From a virus (taxonomy: Duplodnaviria; Caudoviricetes): a stretch of 58,163 bases of DNA. A model generated the notes under the pieces. It saw nothing but the letters and a program-made list of their open reading frames with translations, was not told where the DNA came from and did no database searches. A program made the position numbers and the translations under genes. The stretch spans positions 1-58,163 of IMG/VR virus record IMGVR_UViG_3300048044_000016; one strand, written 5' to 3'. Numbering within the stretch: the first letter of the stretch is position 1; every line of letters begins with the position of its first letter. Below, one piece after another: positions 45,741 to 55,322 of the stretch.

Positions 45741-46089
45741 GGATGTGATTGCAACCATCCAAAAGATCGCAGAGAGCCCGCGGCGTGACCGGGAAACCGC
45801 GTGTCCTGACTTCGGTACGCTTTTGGTGGCCATCCGGTCCATCCGGCACCCGCAAAGGCACCTGAGAGGCATTGTGGCGAAACTGGCGCGCATCTTTGGC
45901 GTGACGGCCGATGAGGAACTGCTCTCGCTGTACGAGGAGCGCGCCGGACACAGGACAGATCAGGACATGGATACGGCTTATCGAGTTCTGAGCCAGGATG
46001 AAACGCTGAAGAGGATGCCCACGCCGGCTGCTTTTCTCAGCGCGTGCGGCGTTCCGAAAGTCTACCGGGATGGGACGAGGCCGGAATGA
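45568..46089 (+). CDS. Putative helicase loader-like protein
   Basis: GGAG RBS; duplicated helical module ending in MPTPA; position before DnaB. Confidence 0.45.
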   Translation: MESRLVRKQTGQLMQSEPLSPKQQIIVALGTLALMRGGEYSQATLTAFSEGLSKEPFEDVIATIQKIAESPRRDRETACPDFGTLLVAIRSIRHPQRHLRGIVAKLARIFGVTADEELLSLYEERAGHRTDQDMDTAYRVLSQDETLKRMPTPAAFLSACGVPKVYRDGTRPE

Positions 46090-46346
46090 GGTATCTCTCC
46101 CTATTCAGCGGCCTTGAGGGTGCGACCCTTGCTTGGCATCATCTCGGATGCAATTGTCTTTCTACTCCACATAGCACTCCATTCAAAGGGGTTTGCAGAC
46201 AAAAAGGTTCGAAAACTTTTCGTGTACAGATCGGAGCGCATGGAGTCAAGCACTACCTTGGAATGTCGAAAACGGCAGAAGATGGAGCCCGAATTTACGA
46301 TGAGGCCGCAAAAAGATTGCACGGAGAATTCGCATGGACGAACTGA
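46086..46346 (+). pseudogene. Chimeric remnant: C5-cytosine MTase N-terminus fused to an AP2 domain
   Basis: MRYLSLFSGLEGATLAW (MTase motif I) then FKGV..F.VQI..YLG..TAEDGAR.YDEAA..LHGEFA..N (AP2). Confidence 0.7.
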
Positions 46347-47683
46347 GACTTGATTCCGTTTGCAGTATTGACTGTGAGCGCACAGTTTTAGGATCGATAT
46401 TACTCGATAATGAGGGATGGGGTGAAGTAACAGATAAGATAAGACCGTCTGATTTCTTTCTCGATAGCCATCGTCGTATTGCTATAGCAATGTCAAGTTT
46501 ATTGAAGAATAATCATGCAGTTGACATCATTACGTTAGCAAATGAACTTAATTCTCGCCACGAGATTGAAGCAATCGGAGGAGTTTCCTATCTGGCCTCG
46601 TTGACCGAAGGTTTGCCGCGACGACCAGTGATTGAAGAGTATCTACGTGTAATCAAAGACAAGTCGATGCTGCGGAGTTTGATAGTCCTGTCAAGCGATG
46701 CAATCCAGCGGGCTCAGGACCAGAGCGAAACGGCGCTTGAGGTTGCTGCGGATATATCCGGCAAGATCGAGAAACTAGTAGAGCCTGGGATGCAGTCCAA
46801 CAGTGCACTGGCAAGCACGTTCATTGTTGACACCTTGGCAGACATTGACCGCGAGTATCAGACGAAGACGAGCCCGTGTATCCCATCAGGGAATGCATGG
46901 TTCGATGCAAAGACTGGAGGCGGATACAGGCAAGCAAACATCACGCTCATTTGCGCTCGACCGAACGTAGGAAAAACGCCATGGGCCGTCATGAGCATCG
47001 CTCACAACCTCAAGTTGGGCCGCAAGTGTGTCCTGTTCTCGCTCGAAAAGAAGAAAGAGTCTATCCTCCGTGACCTGGTTCCGTATTTCGTCAACGTTCC
47101 GAACCACGTAGTCAACAATGCTTGGATGCAGACGCCAGAGCAGAATGCGCTTATCCATGAGGGAATGGAGAGGCTTGCCGAGTGCAGTCACTTGCTCAGC
47201 ATTTACGACCAAAAGATGGACCGTGAGCAAATATGCTGGGCGATCAAGCGCGAATCGAAGGACGGCCAGGAAGTTCTCTTTGATCTTGACCACTTCGGAA
47301 TGGTTAAAGGATCAGGACACGGAGAAGATCCTATCGAGCGCGACAACCTCACATCGGCTGCTATCCGAGACACAATCAAAGAAACCAACAGCGCAATCGT
47401 GGTCCTACGCCAGTTAAAGAAGGTAGCTCGTGAGTTTGAAGGGCAAGCGCCTGTTCCAAACGACGTAAAAGGATCAGGAAATTCTTGGGAGGATGCCTTT
47501 GCGGCAGTCATCATCCATCGGGCAATCGATGGGGAAACAAAGCGGATGTCGCGCTCAGTAGATCTCAACCTTGCGAAGCTCCGTACTGGCGGCTCAACAG
47601 GATCAACGAAAGGAAACTTTAACGTACAGAACCTTTGCTTTGAAGCCGATGCGGAACAGGACTCGGAGAGTTACTATGAGTGA
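46334..47683 (+). CDS. dnaB: Replicative DNA helicase, DnaB family
   Basis: ERTVLGSILLD..DFF..HR N-domain; ARPNVGKT, FSLE, DH, QL, KGSG..EDA, AKLR.G. Confidence 0.92.
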   Translation: MDELRLDSVCSIDCERTVLGSILLDNEGWGEVTDKIRPSDFFLDSHRRIAIAMSSLLKNNHAVDIITLANELNSRHEIEAIGGVSYLASLTEGLPRRPVIEEYLRVIKDKSMLRSLIVLSSDAIQRAQDQSETALEVAADISGKIEKLVEPGMQSNSALASTFIVDTLADIDREYQTKTSPCIPSGNAWFDAKTGGGYRQANITLICARPNVGKTPWAVMSIAHNLKLGRKCVLFSLEKKKESILRDLVPYFVNVPNHVVNNAWMQTPEQNALIHEGMERLAECSHLLSIYDQKMDREQICWAIKRESKDGQEVLFDLDHFGMVKGSGHGEDPIERDNLTSAAIRDTIKETNSAIVVLRQLKKVAREFEGQAPVPNDVKGSGNSWEDAFAAVIIHRAIDGETKRMSRSVDLNLAKLRTGGSTGSTKGNFNVQNLCFEADAEQDSESYYE

Positions 47684-47778
47684 CCGTCCTGATGTTGACT
47701 TGGGAGTAATCCGTCGGCAGTTGTCTGCAATAACCAACTACCTGAAAATGAACGTGTGGAAACGGAAAGAGGGAATGA

Positions 47779-47976
47779 ATGATCCTACTCCAAAAGAAAC
47801 CACCGACAAGCGGACGTCCATCTGATGATGTTATGAACGCCTACGCTGAGAGATATGGACTTTCTCTGAAAAAGAAGACGCTCTCAAGAGAATTCATCGT
47901 GCAATTGTCGCTATGCCGAAGTGATTCAGCGCGAAGGTTGCTGCTTGGAGTGAGTCGGAAAGAAGATGCAGCATGA
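47779..47976 (+). CDS. Small hypothetical protein
   Basis: 65 aa in a tight run. Confidence 0.45.
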   Translation: MILLQKKPPTSGRPSDDVMNAYAERYGLSLKKKTLSREFIVQLSLCRSDSARRLLLGVSRKEDAA

Positions 47977-48332
47977 TTGCTCGCAGGACTCCACTGAAAC
48001 GCTACACGCCAGTACGCAAGAAGCGGCCAGGAGTGCGCAAGGGGCAGCCGACTAATGCGGAAAAAGAGACTGAGCACGAACGGGTTTATGAACGATGCGG
48101 CGGACAATGCGAGTTACGGGGAGAGGATGGAAATCCTCTGCATCCAAAGCACATCTTCGGAGTCCTGCCAAGCAAGGGAAGCATCTTTGAGCGCTGGCAC
48201 CTTGTCCACCTCCACGGGAAGCGCCGATTCGGTTGGACGGAAGCGGACGGCAATACGTTACTTGGAGGTTGCTATTGGTGCCACATCGTAGCCAGTCACC
48301 AGCAAGGAAAGAAAATACAGGAGGTTCGATGA
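47973..48332 (+). CDS. Degenerate HNH-like/Cys-His protein
   Basis: RRTPLKR N-terminus; R..G.CE..H...N....C..CH. Confidence 0.5.
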   Translation: MIARRTPLKRYTPVRKKRPGVRKGQPTNAEKETEHERVYERCGGQCELRGEDGNPLHPKHIFGVLPSKGSIFERWHLVHLHGKRRFGWTEADGNTLLGGCYWCHIVASHQQGKKIQEVR

Positions 48333-48661
48333 TCTATCTTGCAAGCCCGTACAGCCACATGGATAGGACCGTAGAAGCGCTCCGCTTCGGAGAGGTTTGC
48401 CGCATTGCCGGAGTCTTGATGTCGCGAGGATTGATTGTCTTCAGCCCTATCGCGCACACCCATCCAATCGCTGAACGATGCGACCTGCCGCGCGGGTGGG
48501 ACTACTGGAAGCATTTCGATGAGGAATTCATCGACGCATCGGAAAAGGTTATAGTCGCCATGATGCCAGGATGGGAGCAATCCAAAGGGATTGCGGGAGA
48601 AATCAGGATTGCCAAAGAAAAGGGCATTCCGGTCGAATATCTGGACCCGAATAAACCTTGA
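48329..48661 (+). CDS. DUF1937 / nucleoside deoxyribosyltransferase-like protein
   Basis: MIYLASPYSH..FSPIAH.H..GWEQSKG...E..A...GIPV. Confidence 0.8.
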   Translation: MIYLASPYSHMDRTVEALRFGEVCRIAGVLMSRGLIVFSPIAHTHPIAERCDLPRGWDYWKHFDEEFIDASEKVIVAMMPGWEQSKGIAGEIRIAKEKGIPVEYLDPNKP

Positions 48662-48687
48662 TAACCGACAACCATTTGCTTTATAAT
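48658..48687 (+). promoter_or_regulatory. Promoter of the MTase gene
   Basis: TTGATA-N18-TATAAT followed by AAAGGA RBS. Confidence 0.6.
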
Positions 48688-48711
48688 CACCACACATCGA
48701 AAGGAAAGATC

Positions 48712-49689
48712 ATGACGCTTAAAGCACCGTTTCCTTGGTTCGGCGGAAAGAGTAAGGTATCGGATATTGTCTGGGAACGATTCGGCGATGTGCAGAACTA
48801 CGTCGAGCCGTTCTTTGGCTCTGGAGCGGTCCTGTTAGGAAGGCCAACCGACGCCGGTATTGAGACAGTCAACGATCTTGATTGCATGGTTGCAAACTTC
48901 TGGCGTGCGTTACAGCATGATCCTGATGCTGTGGCCGACGCTGCCGACTGGCCTGTAAATGAGGCAGACCAGCACGCTCGGCATTTATGGCTGTGCTCTC
49001 AAGCAGAGTTTCGCGAAAACATGAAGGTAGACCCGGAGTTTTATGATGCAAAAATCGCAGGATGGTGGGTATGGGGACAATGTATCTGGATTGGCTCAGG
49101 ATGGTGCTCAGTGCAGCTACCGCACCTTGGGAACGCGGGGCGCGGAGTAAACCGTCAGCTACCGCACCTTGGGAACGCGGGGCGCGGAGTAAACCGTAAG
49201 CTACCGCACCTCGGGGACGCGGGAACGGGCGGCGACGAATGCCTAAGCGACCGCACCTTGGGAACGCGGGAGTTCCTGTTTCAGTACATGAACGAACTGG
49301 CAGATCGCTTGCGCCGAGTGCGGGTGTGCTGCGGAGATTGGTCCCGAGTCTGCGGCCCTTCGCCAACGGTCAAGCTGGGACTTACGGGCGTCTTCCTCGA
49401 TCCTCCTTACATGGATGGACGTACAGATGCGCTTTACTCCTCAGACAGCCTCATAGTAGCGAACGATGTACGAGAATGGGCAATCGCGCAGGGTGATGAT
49501 CCTAGAATCAGGATTGCGTTATGCGGATACGAAGGCGAGCACCAGATGCCGGATTCTTGGGAATGCGTGAAATGGAAAGCTCGCGGAGGATATGGATCAC
49601 AGGGGAACAACTTAGCCAGAGAAAACTCCACCAAAGAGCGCATCTGGTTCAGTCCGCATTGCATCGTTTCTCAACCGAATTTGTTCTAA
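48712..49689 (+). CDS. DNA adenine methyltransferase (Dam/D12-like)
   Basis: PFPWFGGKS, YVEPFFGSGAV, ETVND, FLDPPY motifs. Confidence 0.9.
   Translation: MTLKAPFPWFGGKSKVSDIVWERFGDVQNYVEPFFGSGAVLLGRPTDAGIETVNDLDCMVANFWRALQHDPDAVADAADWPVNEADQHARHLWLCSQAEFRENMKVDPEFYDAKIAGWWVWGQCIWIGSGWCSVQLPHLGNAGRGVNRQLPHLGNAGRGVNRKLPHLGDAGTGGDECLSDRTLGTREFLFQYMNELADRLRRVRVCCGDWSRVCGPSPTVKLGLTGVFLDPPYMDGRTDALYSSDSLIVANDVREWAIAQGDDPRIRIALCGYEGEHQMPDSWECVKWKARGGYGSQGNNLARENSTKERIWFSPHCIVSQPNLF
49114..49270 (+). repeat. 42-bp tandem repeat inside the MTase
   Basis: CAGCTACCGCACCTTGGGAACGCGGGGCGCGGAGTAAACCGT x2, a partial third copy, and an out-of-frame partial copy at 49250-49270. Confidence 0.85.
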
Positions 49690-49707
49690 CCCAACACCCC
49701 GCAGGAC

Positions 49708-52700
49708 TCAATCGAGCTTCTGCGGGGTGACGTCCTTCTCCCAATCGAACTTCGCTGGCATCAAGATTCCCTGCTCCGTGCCGCCCTCATGCTTTGTGAA
49801 CGTGATAATTCTCCCCTTGCTGCCCGGCTTCAACTGCCCATAAGCTCCCAAGAGATTGCCTGAAATGATCTTCGCGCGTTGCCGAGTGTCGCTTAGATAG
49901 TCCTGAAACAGTTCGGCAATATCCGCATTGAGCCCAAGGTTAGAGAGCGTGATCTTCTTGATCTGTGAGCCCGGAACGCGCACCTCGCGCAATGGGCCGT
50001 TGACCGCAATGTAGAACTTCAGAGAGCTGGGAGCGTAGGGGTTTCCGCTCACTTTCTTGCGGCCGCGAATGTCGTAGATGATGCCGTTGTAGGTGTCGCC
50101 GTTGATCTCGATTCTGAGTCCTGTTCCCATTCGGAAGTCGTTCAAGATCGTCTGCGACCATTCCCGTATTTTCTGTGCCCGGTCAAAGATGTGCGGCGCT
50201 TCCACGGATGCGATGTACGGCTTGAACAAGCTCTCAAGGTGTGCGCTCAATGCTCGTGCGTGGTACGTGTCCCGCTGCCATGGCTCAAACTCCATGAGAT
50301 CAGGACCATAAGTCTGTGCAATCAGTTCCTCGACCTCTTCCGGGGTGTAGGACTTGCCTTGACGCTTGATTGAGTAGGTTCCGAAGATGGCATCTTCCCC
50401 GAATGGCGATGAAGGATCAGACCCAACATATATGACGTGCGAGGTCTTCTGCTCTGCATCGAAGTCGTAGGTTTTGGGCTCAAGGTCATTCTGTCCGGTT
50501 TCGTCGATGTAGGCGATGTAGTCCGTGTAGCTTTCGGTGATCGTCTCCATGAACTCGCGCTGCTCTTTGACGGGAAGCAATGCCGAGCGTCCTGTTGCCG
50601 TGCGCGCCAGGTCCTCCTCTGGAGTACCCCCTTCCTCTTCCGACTTGTCCATCGTGAGGCCCATGAGACGGGCAATCTGCTCATTCTCGTGCAGCCATTC
50701 CGCCACGATCTTGTCGCCGTACTTGTTCATCATGTCTGGCGCCTCAATCGACATTGCCGACCGCGTGTTGCTCGACGTGTTGGCGTTCAGGCTCTTCAGT
50801 TTCTTGGCGAGGCTGATGGCCGGGCGAATCTCTGCGGGGATGGCCAGGGAGAGCATCGTGTACCTTGGCAGGACCATCTGGCCGGTCCTGTTCGAACGTC
50901 CGAGGATCTGCATGAACACGTTCACGTCGCCGGCCGGCTGGGCAACGATCATGTGCCGCTGGTGCTGATCTTTGAATTTCTCTGAGGCGTGGAGGCTGAT
51001 TCCCGTCGATCCAGCCTGGTTCAAGATGAGGCAGTCAACGCCGCCATTATTAAACAGGCTGCCGGTCTGCACGCGGTCCTTGCGCTCGATGGACGGGACC
51101 GAAGACAGGACCGGGACGGGACCCGCATAGTTGATTCGGTAGGAGCGCCCGGTGATCTCTGCCACAGTAAAGCCAGCTTGCGTGATGCGAGTCCTGATCC
51201 AGTCGATAGGCGACACTGGCAACGTCACCGCAAGGGCGTCCAGCAGCCTCTCAGCCTCCCGGTACTTCGCTTCTGTCTCGACGTACAGCCGATGGCGCGG
51301 GAACTCTTGGCGGTCATTGCCCATTAAGGTCTTGATGGTGTAGTGGAGGGTCCTGTCGAGCGCGCGCCTGAGTATGGTGGACCATGAGAGTTTATCAAGC
51401 ACTTCACCCTCGCTCATGTTCTCAGCGCTCACATAGCTGTCGAGGAACGCTCCCATGGTGCTCTCAAGGGCCACAATCGGCTTTTCCCTGCGTCCGAGCG
51501 CTTCGATGGCGCAATCCGCCGCAGCGTCCGACTTCAGGGCCAGGAGAAATTGCTTCACGATGTTGTGGACGATGGCGCTGAACTTGTGGTGATAGATCTT
51601 GATGTGCCGCTTCTTGTACTGGAGGCGCAACGTCTCGAAGTCGTTCTGGTGATAGTCCTGATCCGCTTTGAAGATGGCCCGCAGGACCTCCGTCACATCG
51701 TCGCATACCTGCTCTTGATAAAGCTGATTTCGGTCGTCAATGAAGTTCAGGATGCTGATGCCCTCAAAGGACCGCTCACGGCGCACGAGTTGGCCGGTCT
51801 GGGCGAGTTGGTGGCTCACGACGGTCTGTAGGGGTGGACCGCCGGCGCGGATGGCGTCAGAGACGCGCTGGTTGTCGGGAATGGCAATCGAGATGTCTGT
51901 CTTGGTCGCGTAGAGCGTCATGTTGTCCGGCCGCTTCGCCCACGTTGCCGACAGGAACATCACGCCGTGCGCCGCGGGCAGAACCTCTTGGAAGAATGCT
52001 CCCGTGTTCGAGTCATCGCCGCCAGCGTTGTGGGACTCATCCAAGATGAAGACAGCTTTCGGTGCCAACTTCGCAAGGGCCAACTGCTGGATGTTGATCG
52101 TGTTGATTTGCGAGTAGGTCAGATATACGGCATTGCGGGCGCGGGGAAGCTCGCCGGTCTCAGCAATGCGGGTCAGGATCCCCTTCATGCTGCTCTTGTT
52201 GGCGAATATCTTGCGTCCTGTTGCCTGCTCGGTTATCGACGCCCCGGCATTGAAGAGCAGCGGCCAGACGCTCAGCCCGAATCCGATGTCGTCAAGATCG
52301 CGCTGGAAGTCGGTGAAGAGGGTATCCGAGTAGGTGACGAAGATCGGCAACAGACCGTGAAGAATGGTCCACCGGCAGACAGACGCCGCGCAACGACCCT
52401 TCCCGACGCCGGTCTGGTCGGAGTTTATTAAAGCCTTTTGTTTTCTGATCTGCCATATGGCCAGAGCAATGGAATCGACCTGAAGACCCATGAAGTAGCC
52501 CTGCATCTCCTTGACCGAGGGGTACTCCAGTTCGCGGGCCACGAACTCATCCAAGTCGCCAACCTCGGTGCGCACCCGCTCCATGGCCTCCCGCATCGGC
52601 TCTTTCATCGACCGCGGGCACATCACTGCTTCATCTTGGAGGCTGGAAAGTGAGGCGTAGACCTCTTGATAAGCGTTCAGGTTCTCGACAGGACGCTGAA

Positions 52701-52746
52701 TCCGAGTCCTGCGGTTGAGTAGCAATAGTCTGGTTGATAAGTCCAT
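49708..52746 (-). CDS. Strawberry-notch-type SF2 helicase/NTPase
   Basis: 1012 aa; DQTGVGKGR, TYSQ, ILDESHNA, FLSAT.AKRP, AEITGR, AGSTGISLHA, Q.LGR.NRTGQ. Confidence 0.88.
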   Translation of the reverse strand: MDLSTRLLLLNRRTRIQRPVENLNAYQEVYASLSSLQDEAVMCPRSMKEPMREAMERVRTEVGDLDEFVARELEYPSVKEMQGYFMGLQVDSIALAIWQIRKQKALINSDQTGVGKGRCAASVCRWTILHGLLPIFVTYSDTLFTDFQRDLDDIGFGLSVWPLLFNAGASITEQATGRKIFANKSSMKGILTRIAETGELPRARNAVYLTYSQINTINIQQLALAKLAPKAVFILDESHNAGGDDSNTGAFFQEVLPAAHGVMFLSATWAKRPDNMTLYATKTDISIAIPDNQRVSDAIRAGGPPLQTVVSHQLAQTGQLVRRERSFEGISILNFIDDRNQLYQEQVCDDVTEVLRAIFKADQDYHQNDFETLRLQYKKRHIKIYHHKFSAIVHNIVKQFLLALKSDAAADCAIEALGRREKPIVALESTMGAFLDSYVSAENMSEGEVLDKLSWSTILRRALDRTLHYTIKTLMGNDRQEFPRHRLYVETEAKYREAERLLDALAVTLPVSPIDWIRTRITQAGFTVAEITGRSYRINYAGPVPVLSSVPSIERKDRVQTGSLFNNGGVDCLILNQAGSTGISLHASEKFKDQHQRHMIVAQPAGDVNVFMQILGRSNRTGQMVLPRYTMLSLAIPAEIRPAISLAKKLKSLNANTSSNTRSAMSIEAPDMMNKYGDKIVAEWLHENEQIARLMGLTMDKSEEEGGTPEEDLARTATGRSALLPVKEQREFMETITESYTDYIAYIDETGQNDLEPKTYDFDAEQKTSHVIYVGSDPSSPFGEDAIFGTYSIKRQGKSYTPEEVEELIAQTYGPDLMEFEPWQRDTYHARALSAHLESLFKPYIASVEAPHIFDRAQKIREWSQTILNDFRMGTGLRIEINGDTYNGIIYDIRGRKKVSGNPYAPSSLKFYIAVNGPLREVRVPGSQIKKITLSNLGLNADIAELFQDYLSDTRQRAKIISGNLLGAYGQLKPGSKGRIITFTKHEGGTEQGILMPAKFDWEKDVTPQKLD

Positions 52747-52794
52747 ATCAGCACATTATAAATCAGAATTTGCTCCACTTTAGGATATTTATCA

Positions 52795-52826
52795 AATAAA
52801 AAGGCCAGCCCCGAAAGACTGACCTC
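52795..52826 (-). terminator. Terminator ending the lysis operon
   Basis: AGGTCAGTC-TTTC-GGGGCTGGCCT hairpin followed by TTTTATTT. Confidence 0.65.
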
Positions 52827-52875
52827 TTTATGCTCTGGCTACTCTGCAATCCTCCTCTATTGTTGAATTTGACTC

Positions 52876-53592
52876 CTACCAAAGTCCAAGAGCTTTGTTC
52901 CCCACCTTGGTACCCAACTCCACGAAAGGCCCAACTTTCTTGTACCAAGGCGAAGGCGCGAAATATCGGCGCGTCAGATCGTCGCTGATGCGCTGCGCAT
53001 CGCCGGTAATTGCGTTGGCATGCCTGGTGATCCCGGCCAAGTTGTCCAGCATCTCGCTCACCGCCTTACGCTTCAGCGTGTCGTTCAGCGTGTCTGTGGT
53101 GGCCTGGAGGGATGCGCCGTTCGCCGTCAGTTGCGCGAGGAGCGGCTGCGCGGATGCGATGGTACGTTTCCCTTCGTCTATGGCCCCCGTCGCGCTGGCG
53201 AGCGTCCCTGTGGCGGCGCGCGCGGTTCCTGAGAGAGAATCCGCCGTGCTGCTCAGGTGCTTGGCGGTTTGGCCGAACTCATCCATGGCGGAGATGATGT
53301 GCGGCTGGGCGGCGCGCTCTACCAGTTGAGTCCGCACAATGGCATCTCCTGCATCAATGGCTGTCTTGTTGATTTGCGCCAGAGTCCCACAGGCGTCGGG
53401 TCCTGACGAACCTTTGCATGGTCGGTTTAGGTGGTCAAGCACCGCATCTGTCTTGCCAGCGGTCGGCGCGGCGGCTCCCCACCGGTCTACGGCAATGATG
53501 ATGTGCCGGGTGAGTCCGCTCATCCCCCAAACAGAAAGCGCCGCGAGAGTGATAGCTCCCACGGCGCTTGCGACTTTGATAGTTGTGTTCAT
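52876..53592 (-). CDS. Membrane-anchored coiled-coil protein (possible spanin-like lysis accessory)
   Basis: N-terminal TM helix, long Ala-rich helix; end of lysis cluster. Confidence 0.5.
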   Translation of the reverse strand: MNTTIKVASAVGAITLAALSVWGMSGLTRHIIIAVDRWGAAAPTAGKTDAVLDHLNRPCKGSSGPDACGTLAQINKTAIDAGDAIVRTQLVERAAQPHIISAMDEFGQTAKHLSSTADSLSGTARAATGTLASATGAIDEGKRTIASAQPLLAQLTANGASLQATTDTLNDTLKRKAVSEMLDNLAGITRHANAITGDAQRISDDLTRRYFAPSPWYKKVGPFVELGTKVGNKALGLW

Positions 53593-53595
53593 ATT

Positions 53596-54039
53596 TTAGG
53601 CTGTGGCGGTCGTTGTCGCCGTAGTGGTGGTCAAGCTCTCTAGCTTCTTGGCAATCACGTCCAGTTCGGTCAGGACCTTGGTCAAGATCGTGACGGTTGC
53701 AGTGTCGCTGATATGGCCAGCCGTCTCAAGCGCCTTAAGGTTGGCAATGATGGCGTCGAGCAAACTGGATACCGTGGTCGATGTGCCAGTATCGTAGAGG
53801 ACAGCCTGGAGAACCACAATATCCGACCGAACCTCTGCCAGGACCTTGACAGTTTCCGCTTCGGCGCTCGTACCGGCCACGCGCTCCACGATGATCTCGA
53901 TCAGGACACTGGTGTAGCTCAGGGTGGTATCGATGACCGAAAGAACGCTCGGGGCGGTCTCCAGAATCTTGGTAAAGGTCTTTTCAATCCACGCGGCAGT
54001 GCTCTTGGCCGCATTGGCAATTCCGCTGAAAATGCTCAT
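53596..54039 (-). CDS. Hypothetical helical protein
   Basis: AAGGAGG RBS; start MSIFSG. Confidence 0.6.
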   Translation of the reverse strand: MSIFSGIANAAKSTAAWIEKTFTKILETAPSVLSVIDTTLSYTSVLIEIIVERVAGTSAEAETVKVLAEVRSDIVVLQAVLYDTGTSTTVSSLLDAIIANLKALETAGHISDTATVTILTKVLTELDVIAKKLESLTTTTATTTATA

Positions 54040-54061
54040 GGTGTCTTGCGCCTCCTTAGCG

Positions 54062-54307
54062 CTACTTGTTTGCGTCACCGGGAAAGGTGGCGCCGGGGTT
54101 ATTGATTGTGGCGTTGGGTCCTGTGGAGTTGCTGGTTGCACTTGCGTGGCCGGCAAAGGCCCCAAGGGCACCGCTGACGAGATTGCTTGCGATTGCGAGG
54201 ACGGCGGTCCCAACTGTGACCGGATCCGGGTGAAAAAGAACGGCCAGTGCAACAACCACCCCCAGAACTGCGAGTAGAACTGCCCAGAATGGCTCGGGAA
54301 TCTTCAT
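54062..54307 (-). CDS. Putative holin (2 TM)
   Basis: Two hydrophobic helices; next to the endolysin candidate. Confidence 0.55.
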   Translation of the reverse strand: MKIPEPFWAVLLAVLGVVVALAVLFHPDPVTVGTAVLAIASNLVSGALGAFAGHASATSNSTGPNATINNPGATFPGDANK

Positions 54308-54444
54308 AGCGTTCCCTTCCCGCCGCAAACGCAGCATTTTAGATGCTTCTGAATCCCTCCTCGGTGGTCAACCTCAATCCAACCTTTACCATCGCAAAGA
54401 GAGCAGATACGCTTCCAGAACAGATTTTTGATAAACCGAATCAT
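54304..54444 (-). CDS. 46-aa DnaJ-type zinc-finger mini-protein, absent from the ORF track
   Basis: CSLCDGKG..CCVCGGKG; ATGA overlap with the holin. Confidence 0.55.
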   Translation of the reverse strand: MIRFIKNLFWKRICSLCDGKGWIEVDHRGGIQKHLKCCVCGGKGTL

Positions 54445-54451
54445 TATGGAA

Positions 54452-54964
54452 TCAGGATACACCCGATGTTGATTGCTTCACGGCGGAATCGTAGGCTTTC
54501 TGCAAATCAGAGGAGTAGCGGACGACTCCTGCCGGCGCGTTGGCTGTCTTGTGTCCAAGATTCCAGATTTGACCGATCTGCGCCACGTTCGCCGGCTGCT
54601 GGTGAGCAACGTAGCTGTTAAAGTGGCTGACAAACGAACGTGCGCAATCGTCAAGGATGGTTTCGAGTTCGGCAGGAGTAAAGCCTGGGCAGTTGATCAG
54701 CATCGTCTGCCAAGGTCCGAAGCTGGAAGCCCCGTCCCGGCCATACTTTGCCACGAGCGCGCGCTGCGCAGGGCTCGAAGCCCATACCGAACCGCCTACG
54801 TCGTATGCGGGTTCATGGCGAGGTCCGCAATCGATTCCCACGCTGCTTTCATTGGAGGCAATGGCGATCATGACGCGCTCGCCGTCAAGTCCTGTCGGGA
54901 CTTTCAGAACCGGCCCATACTTTGCGCACGCCGCCAAAACGTCTGCTTTAGGGAAACTGTTCAT
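54452..54964 (-). CDS. Putative endolysin, lysozyme/lytic transglycosylase fold
   Basis: IAIASNESS catalytic Glu, SSFGPWQ, WNLG..Y motifs. Confidence 0.7.
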   Translation of the reverse strand: MNSFPKADVLAACAKYGPVLKVPTGLDGERVMIAIASNESSVGIDCGPRHEPAYDVGGSVWASSPAQRALVAKYGRDGASSFGPWQTMLINCPGFTPAELETILDDCARSFVSHFNSYVAHQQPANVAQIGQIWNLGHKTANAPAGVVRYSSDLQKAYDSAVKQSTSGVS

Positions 54965-54966
54965 AA

Positions 54967-55293
54967 TCACCTTCTGAACATCAAAGTCAGTCCGCCACCA
55001 ATCAGCGTCCCGATGAATGTGAATGCCGAGGCGATGCCGGCCAGGTAGACCTTCCACGACTCAAGACGAGTGATGCGCTTGGACATTTCGCCGAGGTCTT
55101 TGGTCCTATCAACGAGGAGTGCGACTGACTTTTCCAGGCTAGCCAGAGCCACACCGTGCTCTTCCAGAAGTCTTGTCTGCGAGTCCTGCCGCTCTTTGGT
55201 AAGAGCGTCTCGCTGCTTTGTCAGTTCCTCGATGCGCTTCGCTAGCGCATTCACTCCTGCGAACTGACTGATGTTTGTTTCTCGCTCTGGCAT
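54967..55293 (-). CDS. Coiled-coil protein with C-terminal TM helix (holin/XhlA-like)
   Basis: RITRLE.W followed by a hydrophobic helix; upstream of the endolysin. Confidence 0.55.
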   Translation of the reverse strand: MPERETNISQFAGVNALAKRIEELTKQRDALTKERQDSQTRLLEEHGVALASLEKSVALLVDRTKDLGEMSKRITRLESWKVYLAGIASAFTFIGTLIGGGLTLMFRR

Positions 55294-55322
55294 TTTATCC
55301 CCCATTTGTATGCGCAATCTAC

